Positions 54,820 through 63,719 of a DNA stretch of 64,000 nucleotides are shown in pieces. How positions within the stretch are numbered: position 1 is the stretch's first letter; the number at the start of each line of letters is the position of its first letter. A model generated the notes under the pieces. It was given only the letters and a program-made list of their open reading frames with translations, was not told the DNA's origin and did no database searches. The position numbers were made by a program, and so were the translations under genes. The stretch is from positions 102,153-166,152 of the forward strand of contig CAVQCF010000039.1 in the NCBI GenBank assembly GCA_963710885.1. The letters are read 5' to 3'. This DNA comes from an uncultured Acidobacteriaceae bacterium (lineage in GTDB: Bacteria; Acidobacteriota; Terriglobia; Terriglobales; Acidobacteriaceae).

Positions 54820-56115
54820 CTAGGCGGCTGCGAGGTAGACGTATCGCAGAATAAACAGAATCGTCAGGATCCAAATCAGTGCGTTGATCTCGCGAACCTT
54901 CCCAGCCGCGACTTTCACGACCGTATACGAGATTAGGCCGAGGCTGAGGCCGGTCGCGATGCTGAAGGTGAGAGGTGTAGCCAACATCGTGATGAATGCC
55001 GGGACCGCTTCGCTGAAATCCTGCCAGGCAATTTGAGCGATCGACTGCGTCATGAGCACGCCGACGAGAATCAGTGCGGGAGCCGTCGCATAGGCTGGAA
55101 TCGCAGTGGCCAGCGGTGAGCAGAACGTCGCCAACAAAAATAGCGCCGCCACCGCAACGTTACTCAATCCGGTGCGAGCCCCGGCCGCAACGCCTGCGGC
55201 GCTTTCGATGTAACTTGTCACGGTGGAGGTACCCGTCAGAGCGCCGACGACGGTGCCCACACCGTCCGCGACTAAAATGCGACCCGCGCGCGGGATCTTG
55301 CCATCCTTGACGAAGCCACCTTGTTCACAAACTCCAACCAGAGTACCAACGTTGTCAAAGAGATCTACGAACAGGAACGCGAACAGGATTTCGAGTAAGC
55401 CGAGATGCACGGCACCGCGAAAGTCGAGCTGCAGAAAAGTGGACGAAGGGTGCGGCATCGCGAAGATTGCGGTGGGCCAGTGCGTGATTCCGCGAAGAAT
55501 TCCGAGCAGCGTGGTGCCGAAGATGCCCACTAGAATGGCACCGTGGAGTTTTCGAGACATCAAGATCAGGGTGAGGGCGAGGCCAAAGCAGGCGGTCTGG
55601 ACATCCTTATCGGCAAAGCTACCCAGACCGACAAATGTATCGGGATTGGCCACGACGAGCTTTGCGTTCCGCAAGCCAACAAAGGCAATGAACATTCCAA
55701 TGCCGGCGGCCGTCGAATGCTTCAGGCAGTCGGGGATACCGTTGACGATCTGCTCGCGAACGCGCGTCACCGTGAGCACCAGGAACAGCACGCCAGAACA
55801 GAAGACGACTGCCAGCGCGGTACGCCAGGGAATGTGCATCGCGATGCAAACCGAATAAGTGAAGTAGGCGTTCAGCGACATTCCCGGAGCCAACGCGATG
55901 GGATAGTTGGCGTAGAGTCCCATCACCAGCGTGGCCACGGCGGCGGAGACGCAGGTCGCAAAGACAACACCATCCGCGGGCATTCCCGCCTTGGCGAGAA
56001 TCTGTGGATTCACGACGACGATGTAGGCCATGGTCACGAAAGTCGTGAGGCCGCCCAGCATCTCCTGTTTCACAGAGGTCTGGTTTTCGGTGAGCTTGAA
56101 ATAGCGATCGATCAA
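54820..56115 (-). CDS. NCS2-family purine permease, AzgA type (adenine/guanine/hypoxanthine)
   Basis: 431 aa. The N-terminus MIDRYFKLTENQTSVKQEMLGGLTTFVTMAYIVVVNPQILA closely resembles PbuG/GhxP/AdeP-type permeases. Multi-TM throughout. Confidence 0.9.
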   Translation of the reverse strand: MIDRYFKLTENQTSVKQEMLGGLTTFVTMAYIVVVNPQILAKAGMPADGVVFATCVSAAVATLVMGLYANYPIALAPGMSLNAYFTYSVCIAMHIPWRTALAVVFCSGVLFLVLTVTRVREQIVNGIPDCLKHSTAAGIGMFIAFVGLRNAKLVVANPDTFVGLGSFADKDVQTACFGLALTLILMSRKLHGAILVGIFGTTLLGILRGITHWPTAIFAMPHPSSTFLQLDFRGAVHLGLLEILFAFLFVDLFDNVGTLVGVCEQGGFVKDGKIPRAGRILVADGVGTVVGALTGTSTVTSYIESAAGVAAGARTGLSNVAVAALFLLATFCSPLATAIPAYATAPALILVGVLMTQSIAQIAWQDFSEAVPAFITMLATPLTFSIATGLSLGLISYTVVKVAAGKVREINALIWILTILFILRYVYLAAA

Positions 56116-56157
56116 AAATCCTCCGTGAACCTGAAACTGGCAGTTTCGCGAATCCGC

Positions 56158-56625
56158 TCAGTACTCGATTTTGTTGGGCTTGTTTTCCCAGGCACGAAAC
56201 GCCGCTTGCGCCTCTTCCCGCATCATCTGAATCATCGGGATCTTGCGCCGGGAATGGGGTTGCGCGATCTCGTTATAAATCAGCGAATCGTCGAATCCGA
56301 TCCTGGAGGCGTCGGCATCGGCGTTGGCGAAGTAGACCTTGGAAAGACGGGCCCAGTAGATGGCGCCCAGGCACATGGGGCAGGGTTCACAGGAAGTGTA
56401 GATTTCGTAACCCTCCAGATCGAACACGCCAAGTTTCTTGCAGGCCGCACGGATGGCGAGCACCTCCGCATGCGCGGTGGGATCATTGGTGGAAGTGACC
56501 TGGTTGGCGGCTTCGGCGACGATGGCGCCGTCCTTCACCACGACCGCACCGAAGGGTCCGCCGCGTCCTGACTGGACGTTATCGATCGAAAGCTGAATGG
56601 CGCGAGCCATGAAAGGATTGTCCAT
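56158..56625 (-). CDS. guaD: Guanine deaminase, cytidine-deaminase-fold (Bacillus GuaD type)
   Basis: 155 aa. GGPFGAVVVKDGAIVAEAANQVTSTNDPTAHAEV ... YTSCEPCPMCLGAIYWARL ... GFDDSLIY is nearly collinear with B. subtilis GuaD as I recall it. Zn ligands are HAE and PCxxC. Confidence 0.85.
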   Translation of the reverse strand: MDNPFMARAIQLSIDNVQSGRGGPFGAVVVKDGAIVAEAANQVTSTNDPTAHAEVLAIRAACKKLGVFDLEGYEIYTSCEPCPMCLGAIYWARLSKVYFANADADASRIGFDDSLIYNEIAQPHSRRKIPMIQMMREEAQAAFRAWENKPNKIEY

Positions 56626-56807
56626 GTGGTGACTCTATCTATGCGTAATCGTGAAGGGCAGCTGGCGTCAGCAACCCGCGAACCCGCAACTCAGTCGACA
56701 TGGACTCTTTCGCAGCCGCTTCGCTGAGAAGCGAGTATAAGCTGGAGTCGGAATTTCGTAAAATGCTGATTCGATCGTGCTGAGGCAAGAACCATAAGGA
56801 GCTGACT

Positions 56808-58181
56808 TTGGATTTGCAGGCCTTCGTCGCCCGACACGTGGTCACTCCCGAGGGAATCCAACCCGCGGCTATCTTGGTGGATGGAGAGCGGATCCAAGCG
56901 GTCGTCTCATCCGAGCAAGTATCGGGTCGGTACAAAATCCGCGACTTCGGCGAAGCGGCGATCCTGCCTGGACTCGTCGATTCCCATGTACACATCAACG
57001 ATCCCGGCCGCGCGGAGTGGGAGGGGTTCGAAACCGCGACGAGAGCTGCGGCGGCCGGCGGTTACACGATGCTCGTCGATATGCCGCTGAACTGTCTTCC
57101 TGCGACAACCACGGTCGCTGGGCTGCAGGCGAAGCGTGCGGCGGCGCGTGGCAAATGCCGCGTCGATTGGGCGGCCTGGGGCGGCGTGGTCCACGACAAT
57201 CAAGGTGATATTGAAGCGCTGGCCGCCGCAGGGGTACCCGGATTCAAGTGTTTTCTGATCGACCCCGGAATCGATGGTTTCACCAAGGTTACGGAGCAAC
57301 AGTTGCGATTGGCTCTCCCGCATATTGCCCGCACCGGCCTGCCGCTGCTGGTTCATGCGGAACTCGCGGGTCCGATTGATCGCGCGACCGCCGCCCTGAC
57401 TGACGCGGATTGGAGCCGCTACTCCACTTACCTGCAGTCGCGTCCGGAGGAGGCGGAGGTGGCCGCCATCCGCCTGACGCTATCGCTGTGCCGGGAATAC
57501 GGCTTTCGCCTGCACATTGTGCATCTGTCTTCCGGTCGGGCGCTTTCGGAGTTGCGTGCCGCTCGGGCCGAAGGGCTACCGGTAAGCGTGGAGACTTGTG
57601 CGCACTACCTGCACCTGTCCGCGGAAACGATCGCGAATGGAGCCACGCTGAATAAATGCGCGCCGCCCGTGCGCAGTCGCGAGAATCGCGAGAAGTTATG
57701 GGAAGGCCTCAGAGACGGAACGATCGACTTTGTGGTCACCGATCACTCACCCTGTCCTCCGGTGATGAAGCGTCTGCAGGAGGGCAATTTTCGCACCGCC
57801 TGGGGTGGAATTGCGAGCCTTTCCGTAGCACTGCCGCTGATGTGGACTGAAGCCAGCAAGCGGGGATTCACGTTGCTCGATCTGGCGCACTGGATGGCAA
57901 CTGGGCCGGCTCGCCTTGCCGGCTGCGACACGCGTAAGGGCCGTATTGCGGCTGACTATGACGCGGATTTCGTGATCTTTGAACCCGAGTGCGAATTCGT
58001 TGTCACGAAAGATCGATTGCATTACCGGCATACGGTTTCTCCCTATCTAGGCGAAGCTCTACGTGGCGTGGTGAAGGCCACCTATCTGCGAGGGGCCCCA
58101 GTCTTCTGCGAAAGAGCGTTCCCAGGGGAGACTGCCGGGCGGGAGTGGATTGCCAATCAAAGCTCTCGATCGGGGCCATAA
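56808..58181 (+). CDS. allB: Allantoinase (cyclic amidohydrolase superfamily)
   Basis: 457 aa. TTG start with AAGGAG 6 nt upstream. ILPGLVDSHVHINDPGRAEWEGFETATRAAAAGGYTMLVDMPLN and GFKCFL are typical of allantoinase. The purine-degradation context supports the call. Confidence 0.8.
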   Translation: MDLQAFVARHVVTPEGIQPAAILVDGERIQAVVSSEQVSGRYKIRDFGEAAILPGLVDSHVHINDPGRAEWEGFETATRAAAAGGYTMLVDMPLNCLPATTTVAGLQAKRAAARGKCRVDWAAWGGVVHDNQGDIEALAAAGVPGFKCFLIDPGIDGFTKVTEQQLRLALPHIARTGLPLLVHAELAGPIDRATAALTDADWSRYSTYLQSRPEEAEVAAIRLTLSLCREYGFRLHIVHLSSGRALSELRAARAEGLPVSVETCAHYLHLSAETIANGATLNKCAPPVRSRENREKLWEGLRDGTIDFVVTDHSPCPPVMKRLQEGNFRTAWGGIASLSVALPLMWTEASKRGFTLLDLAHWMATGPARLAGCDTRKGRIAADYDADFVIFEPECEFVVTKDRLHYRHTVSPYLGEALRGVVKATYLRGAPVFCERAFPGETAGREWIANQSSRSGP

Positions 58182-58316
58182 CCTTTTTCTATCCGCACTC
58201 ATCAGGCTTCCCTGCTATTGTTTGCCGGTCTGTCATACACTATCCCAACCCCGATTCTCGGGGGCCGTTGGGCCCGCGAGGGGTGGGTCGCAGCTCTGCT
58301 CTAAGCTCTCACGTCC

Positions 58317-60605
58317 ATGAACGCAGATCCCATCATCGGCAAATCGGTTCCGCGCAAGGAAGGGCGCGACAAGGTGACTGGCAGGTCGCAGTACGTCGAT
58401 GACATGGTGCTGCCCAACATGCTTTTCGGAGCAACCGTTCGCAGCCAGATTCCACGGGGACGGATCACGAAGATCACGTTCGGTCCCGGGGTCGCGTGGG
58501 ATGAATTCGTAATCGTCTCGGCGAAAGATATTCCCGGCAAGAATTGCATTGCGTTGATCGGCGACGATCAGCCCTGCCTGGCCACGGAGTTCGTGAATCA
58601 TCCTGAGGAACCAATTCTGTTGTTGGCGCATCCCGACCGTCATGTTCTTCCGAAGGCGGTTCAGGCGCTGTCGATCGAATACGATCCTTTACCAAGCATC
58701 TTCACGATTGACGAGAGTGAGAGCCGCTCGCAAATCATTTGGGGCGAGGACAATGTTTTCAAAACATACCTCATCGAGAAGGGGGACGGAGACAGCGTAT
58801 GGAAGAAGGCCGACTACATCGTGGAAGGCGAGTATTCGACCGGCGCCCAAGAGCAACTTTATATCGAAAATAATGGGATGATCGCGGCGTTTGACCCGGC
58901 GCGTGGGATCACGGTGTGGGGTTCGCTGCAATGTCCTTATTACATTCACAAGGCGCTCATGGCTCTCTGCAACTTGCCAGCGGAAAAGGTTCGCGTGGTG
59001 CAGATGGAAACGGGAGGCGCTTTCGGAGGGAAGGAAGAATATCCCTCAATGATCGCCGCGCACGCTACGCTGTTGGCGATCAAGTCTGGCCGGCCAGTGA
59101 AGATTGTTTACGACCGCCTGGAAGATATGGTGGCGACTACCAAGCGGCATCCTTCGCGCACCCGCCATCGAACTGCTGTGAGCCGTGACGGGAAGATTCT
59201 CGGGGGCGAGATCGAGTTCACGATTGATGGTGGCGCGTATGCGACGTTGTCGTCGGTTGTGCTCTCGCGCGGCGCCATTCATGCGGGAGGACCTTATTAC
59301 TGGCCGAGCGTTCGTATCAGAGCGAAGGCGGTCGCGACCAATGCCCCGCCTCATGGTGCCTTCCGGGGCTTTGGCGCGCCACAGAGTTTGTTTGCCATGG
59401 AACGACAGATGGACCGGATCGCGCAGGCAGTCGGTCTTTCTCCGGTTGAGATTCGACGGCGAAATTTTCTGCAGCCGGGACAGGACACTACTACCGGGCA
59501 GGTCATACGTGAACCGATCGATCTGGGGAAATTACTGGACCGGGCATTGGAGATTTCCGATTACCGGGCGAAGAAGCGGCGTTTCGCTCAACAGAATCAG
59601 GCTGGCATCTCCAGAAAAGGCATAGGCATTGCCTCGTTTCTTCACGGCGCCGGGTTTACCGGGTCGGGCGAGCGTTACCTGAGTTCCGTGGTCGGGGTGG
59701 AAGGATGCGCGGATGGCAGCATTCGCGTGCTGGTGTCGAGCACCGAATTTGGTCAGGGAACGAAAACAGTTCTGAGCCAGATTGCGGCGGAGGCTCTCGC
59801 GATTCCCTACGAGAGCGTCAGCATGGCGCAAGCAGATACGCTCGAAGTCCCGAATAGCGGCCCGACAGTCGCGTCTCGCACGGTGATGGTGGTGGGAAGC
59901 CTGGTGAAGTCGGCTGCCCTTGGAATTGCACAAACTTTAATTTCTTCCAACTTTTTGCACGAAGGCTATTCCGCGGATGAGTTTCGCAAGGCCTGCCGGC
60001 AACATGTCGCGATGCACGGCCAGTTCCGCTGCTGGTCGCGCTATGAAGCGCCCAGTGGCATTTTCTGGGACGACGAAAAATATCGGGGGGAAGCTTACGC
60101 TGCCTTTGCCTGGGCTGTTTATATTGCGGAAGTCACAATCGACCTCACGACGTACAGCGTGTCGGTGGATGACTTCGTCGCGCTTCAAGAGGTGGGCAAA
60201 GTTCTGCATCCGTCGCTGGCGCGGGGGCAAATCATGGGCGGGATCGCCCAGGGAATTGGGTTCAGCCTTTACGAAAAAGTGGTTTGGCAGAATGGGCGCA
60301 TGCAAAACGGACAGATGACCAACTACATCATGCCCACGTCGAGCGATCTGCCGCCGATTCGCGTGTTCTTTGAAGAGTTGGGAAACGTTCATGGAGCGTA
60401 CGGAGCGAAGGGCATCGGGGAACTGCCAATGGACGGTCCGGCCCCGGCGATCGTGAACGCGGTAGAAGATGCGCTCGATGGGCCGAAGGCTGGAGCGAAG
60501 AAGGTTCGCTTCGATTCCATTCCTCTGCTTCCCGAGGACATCATGGACGCGCTTCTCAACGCGTCACGGCAGGATTACGCAACTCTTATTGGCGGAGGCC
60601 GATGA
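58317..60605 (+). CDS. Xanthine dehydrogenase-family molybdopterin-binding (large) subunit
   Basis: 762 aa. GGAFGGKEEY matches the GGGFGGKE motif carrying the substrate Glu. AFRGFGAPQ matches the XDH Arg motif. AKGIGELPMDG carries the catalytic Glu. Genomic context suggests xanthine/hypoxanthine as substrate. Confidence 0.85.
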   Translation: MNADPIIGKSVPRKEGRDKVTGRSQYVDDMVLPNMLFGATVRSQIPRGRITKITFGPGVAWDEFVIVSAKDIPGKNCIALIGDDQPCLATEFVNHPEEPILLLAHPDRHVLPKAVQALSIEYDPLPSIFTIDESESRSQIIWGEDNVFKTYLIEKGDGDSVWKKADYIVEGEYSTGAQEQLYIENNGMIAAFDPARGITVWGSLQCPYYIHKALMALCNLPAEKVRVVQMETGGAFGGKEEYPSMIAAHATLLAIKSGRPVKIVYDRLEDMVATTKRHPSRTRHRTAVSRDGKILGGEIEFTIDGGAYATLSSVVLSRGAIHAGGPYYWPSVRIRAKAVATNAPPHGAFRGFGAPQSLFAMERQMDRIAQAVGLSPVEIRRRNFLQPGQDTTTGQVIREPIDLGKLLDRALEISDYRAKKRRFAQQNQAGISRKGIGIASFLHGAGFTGSGERYLSSVVGVEGCADGSIRVLVSSTEFGQGTKTVLSQIAAEALAIPYESVSMAQADTLEVPNSGPTVASRTVMVVGSLVKSAALGIAQTLISSNFLHEGYSADEFRKACRQHVAMHGQFRCWSRYEAPSGIFWDDEKYRGEAYAAFAWAVYIAEVTIDLTTYSVSVDDFVALQEVGKVLHPSLARGQIMGGIAQGIGFSLYEKVVWQNGRMQNGQMTNYIMPTSSDLPPIRVFFEELGNVHGAYGAKGIGELPMDGPAPAIVNAVEDALDGPKAGAKKVRFDSIPLLPEDIMDALLNASRQDYATLIGGGR

Positions 60606-61099
60606 CCGATTCTCACGGAAGCCGCGCCCAGGCCGAACTTTCAATCACGGTCAACGGTGAGCCCAAGAAGGTAATCGCGTACCCGATGGAGCGCCTGCTC
60701 GACGTTCTGCGATTGGAACTTGGATTGACCGGCGCGAAAGAAGGCTGCGGCGAAGGTGAGTGCGGATCGTGCTCGGTGTTGATGGATGGGGCGCTCGTCA
60801 ACAGCTGTCTGGTGCCAGCGCTTCAGGCGGCTGGCACGAGCATCGTTACGATTGAAGGCTTGGCGGAGGGCGGAGAGCTGCACGTGGTGCAGGAGGCTTT
60901 TCTGCAATGCGGCGGGGCACAGTGCGGCATCTGCACCCCGGGGATGATTCTGGCATCGGTGCACTTGCTGAAGGGAAAACCCAATCTCACGATGGATGAG
61001 ATTCGAGAAGGGCTCTCTGGGAATCTCTGCCGTTGCACGGGCTACAGCCAGATTCTTGAAGCCGTTGCGGACGCGGCGCGGCGCAGGTCGAACACATGA
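60602..61099 (+). CDS. Xanthine dehydrogenase-family [2Fe-2S]-binding (small) subunit
   Basis: 165 aa. GCGEGECGSCSV (plant-type cluster) and CGICTPGM...CRCTGY (second cluster). 4-nt ATGA overlap with the large subunit. Confidence 0.9.
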   Translation: MTDSHGSRAQAELSITVNGEPKKVIAYPMERLLDVLRLELGLTGAKEGCGEGECGSCSVLMDGALVNSCLVPALQAAGTSIVTIEGLAEGGELHVVQEAFLQCGGAQCGICTPGMILASVHLLKGKPNLTMDEIREGLSGNLCRCTGYSQILEAVADAARRRSNT

Positions 61100-62493
61100 G
61101 ATCGAATCCGTCGGACTATGAAATGGTCGCGCCCGGCAGCCTGCAGGCGATCGTCTCGCTGCTGGCTCAGGAACCGGGCGCGTGGCTCCCGATTGCGGGT
61201 GGCACCGACGTGATGGTGCTGTACGCAGCCGGGAAGCTGCCGGCGCGGAAGTTGGTCAGCATTTGGAACCTTCCAGAATTACGGCGCATCGAGGTTGCCC
61301 CGGACGAGATTCGCATTGGGGCGGGATGTACGTACACCGATCTGCGCAGGCACGACGTTGTGGAGCGCGAGTTCCCGCTTCTAGTGACTGCGGCGCGGTG
61401 GACCGGAGGAATCGCCAACCAGAATCGCGGAACGATTGGCGGCAACATCGTGAACGCATCACCGGCTGCGGATTCCTTGCCTGCCTTGCTTGTCCATGAA
61501 GCTGAATTGATTTTGGTGTCGGTGCGAGGCGAGCACCGCGTGCCATATGTTTCGTTCCACACCGGATACAAGCAGACTCAACTGGCTCCGGACGAGTTGA
61601 TTCGGGAGGTGTGCCTGCCTCGGCGGTTCTCTGGGTATCTCAGCCATGCCCGCAAGGTCGGAGCGCGCAATGGGCAGGCTATTTCCAAAGTGTGCATTGC
61701 CGCTCTGGGTCGAGTACAGAACGGCGTTGTCGAAGATGTGAGAATCGCAATGGGGAGTGTTGCGCCGGTTCCGCTTCGTCTGCGTGAAACCGAACGAGTC
61801 GTGAAGGGACGGTCGATCGATGCTGACTTGTTGGATGCCGCCAGAAAGACTGCTACTGGCGAGATCCAACCGATCGACGATATTCGATCGACAGCCCGAT
61901 ATCGCGCAGCAGTGACAGGCAATCTGGTGGTCGAGTTTCTGAATCGCCTGCGTGTCGAGCATCCAGAAGCTAGTCACAGTGGGCCAGAGATTCTGGCACG
62001 ATGGAATCTGTTCTCGGCCGGCGATGCCATGAGTGCGATCCTGCCCTGCTGCGGATCGACGGCCTGGGCGCAAGGTGTCGTGGCCCGAAGACCGATTGCG
62101 GACGTAGAGGCGCTGCTGGCCGCGTCGAACGAAACGTGGCGCAGGCTCCAGACATCGGACTGGATGGAGGCATTCCAGGGTCATCCGCGAATCGGCGAGT
62201 CCCGCGCACCACAGTCTCCGCCAGCGCAATCCTTGGCGTGGTCGACGCAGGAGCAACGACAAGTGGCCGAGGCCGACGCAGCGCTGAAGGCTGCTCTGTC
62301 AGATGCCAATCGCCGATACGAGGAGCGTTTCAATCGCACCTTCATTGTTTGTGCCACCGGCAAGTCGGCCCAGGAGATTCTGGAAATTCTTCTGGGGCGC
62401 TTCCACAACGATGCGGAGACCGAACTTCACGAAGCCGCCGAGCAGCAGCGGCAGATCACCGAAATCCGGCTAAGGAAATGGCTCCAATCATGA
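61096..62493 (+). CDS. Fusion: xanthine dehydrogenase FAD-binding (medium) subunit + OHCU decarboxylase (UraD) domain
   Basis: 465 aa. The N-terminal ~290 aa are CO-dehydrogenase-flavoprotein-like (IAGGTDVMV..., NRGTIGGNIVNASPAADS, RSTARYRAAV). The C-terminal ~165 aa (from ~nt 61990) read ...LPCCGSTAWAQGVVARRPIADVEALLAASNETW...WMEAFQGHPRIGES...RYEERFNRTFIVCATGKSAQEIL. These are hallmark OHCU decarboxylase motifs (HP.IG, F[IV].CA.G[KR]SA). Confidence 0.8.
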   Translation: MRSNPSDYEMVAPGSLQAIVSLLAQEPGAWLPIAGGTDVMVLYAAGKLPARKLVSIWNLPELRRIEVAPDEIRIGAGCTYTDLRRHDVVEREFPLLVTAARWTGGIANQNRGTIGGNIVNASPAADSLPALLVHEAELILVSVRGEHRVPYVSFHTGYKQTQLAPDELIREVCLPRRFSGYLSHARKVGARNGQAISKVCIAALGRVQNGVVEDVRIAMGSVAPVPLRLRETERVVKGRSIDADLLDAARKTATGEIQPIDDIRSTARYRAAVTGNLVVEFLNRLRVEHPEASHSGPEILARWNLFSAGDAMSAILPCCGSTAWAQGVVARRPIADVEALLAASNETWRRLQTSDWMEAFQGHPRIGESRAPQSPPAQSLAWSTQEQRQVAEADAALKAALSDANRRYEERFNRTFIVCATGKSAQEILEILLGRFHNDAETELHEAAEQQRQITEIRLRKWLQS

Positions 62494-62834
62494 AGCGTAT
62501 TTCGACACACATCCTGGACCTGATGCACGGCAAGCCGGCGACGGCAGTAGCGGTGCGACTGGAGAAACGGAACAGCACCGGGGATTGGCGGCTGTTGACC
62601 GCAGCTCGCACCGACGATGACGGCCGATGCCCGCAGTTGCTGCCGGAAGCTGAGGATCTTTCGGCGGGAGTTTATCGTTTGATCTTTGACACCGGCAGCT
62701 ACTTCGCGCGACAGAAGGTAGATGCCCTGTATCCCATCGTCGAAGTTACGTTCCAGGCGCCGGAAGGCGAATCGCATTTTCACATTCCGCTGCTCCTGAG
62801 CCCGAATGGATATACAACCTACCGCGGCAGTTGA
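62490..62834 (+). CDS. uraH: 5-hydroxyisourate hydrolase (transthyretin-like)
   Basis: 114 aa inside track ORF 62001..62834. The ATG at 62490 overlaps the previous stop (ATGA). Reads MKRISTHILDLMHGKPATAVAVRL ... HFHIPLLLSPNGYTTYRGS, with the diagnostic C-terminal YRGS tetrapeptide. Confidence 0.9.
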   Translation: MKRISTHILDLMHGKPATAVAVRLEKRNSTGDWRLLTAARTDDDGRCPQLLPEAEDLSAGVYRLIFDTGSYFARQKVDALYPIVEVTFQAPEGESHFHIPLLLSPNGYTTYRGS

Positions 62835-63685
62835 GCGGCAATAACTGCTGCGATGGAGCCGATCAAGTGACCTCGTCAATCCGCGAATGGCTGAACCTTC
62901 TGGTGCGCTGGACGCATGTGTTTGCCGCAATCATGTGGGTCGGCCAGACCTACTATTTCACATGGCTGGACGGGCGTTTTAACCGGCTCGCCAAGAAGGC
63001 TGCAAGCGAGGGCACATCTCCGTCGATTTGGATGGTACACAGCGGAGGCTTCTACACCGTCGACCGGCAGAAATCACTCCGCGTCGGTCCTGAGCAGGTG
63101 CATTGGTTCCGCTGGGAAGCGCTCATGACCTGGGCGAGTGGAATGATTCTGCTGGGTCTTGTCTACTACGCCAGCAACGGACTCATCGATCCAGATATTG
63201 CTGACATTTCGCAGGCTCGTGGCATTGCCATCGGTCTGGCCGTGCTGGCCGGCGGGTGGGTCGTCTATGATCTGGCGCTGCGGTCGCCTCTGGCGCGGTC
63301 GGAAACCGGATTTGCTCTGCTTTCCCTGATCGTGATTGCCGCGCTCGCCTGGGGCCTGACACACGTATTCAGCGGACGCGCTGCTTACATTCATGTCGGC
63401 GCGGTTCTTGGCACAATCATGAGCGCCAATGTCTGGTTCCGGATCCTTCCCTCCCAGCGCAAGATGATCGCGGCGGCAGCGGCCGGGCAGACGTTCGATG
63501 CGTCCCTGAGCGCGCAGGCCAAGCTGCGATCCAAACACAATACTTTTATGGCGGTTCCGGTTGTCTTTATCATGATCAGCAATCACTTTCCGGTCGCGAC
63601 CTATGGGAACACGTACAACTGGGAGGTACTGGTTGCGCTTGTTCTTCTGGGCTGGGTGGCGGCGAAGGTGATTCGGGAGTCGTGA
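62831..63685 (+). CDS. Integral membrane protein resembling the N-terminal (Urate_ox_N) domain of urate hydroxylase PuuD; no cytochrome c domain
   Basis: 284 aa from the TTG at 62831 (alternative GTG at 62867). REWLNLLVRWTHVFAAIMWVGQTYYFTWLDGRF matches my recollection of the PuuD membrane-domain N-terminus. About 6-7 TM segments and no CxxCH motif. The position directly after uraH supports a role in urate oxidation. Confidence 0.55.
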   Translation: MSGNNCCDGADQVTSSIREWLNLLVRWTHVFAAIMWVGQTYYFTWLDGRFNRLAKKAASEGTSPSIWMVHSGGFYTVDRQKSLRVGPEQVHWFRWEALMTWASGMILLGLVYYASNGLIDPDIADISQARGIAIGLAVLAGGWVVYDLALRSPLARSETGFALLSLIVIAALAWGLTHVFSGRAAYIHVGAVLGTIMSANVWFRILPSQRKMIAAAAAGQTFDASLSAQAKLRSKHNTFMAVPVVFIMISNHFPVATYGNTYNWEVLVALVLLGWVAAKVIRES

Positions 63686-63719
63686 ATCCCTAGAGTCTCG
63701 GTAATCGAACTGAAATCCA

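Noticed and set aside
53808-56571. 331-aa (53808..54803, -) and 342-aa (55543..56571, +) ORFs
   Set aside because: They lie antisense to the aldo/keto reductase and to the purine permease and guaD respectively. The sense genes have clear family motifs and proper SD sequences.
58284-58300. TGGGTCGCAGCTCTGCT upstream of the XDH large subunit, with sigma-54-like spacing
   Set aside because: The -24 half is poor (GGGTCG against TGGCAC). The implied TSS would leave a ~6-nt leader without an SD.
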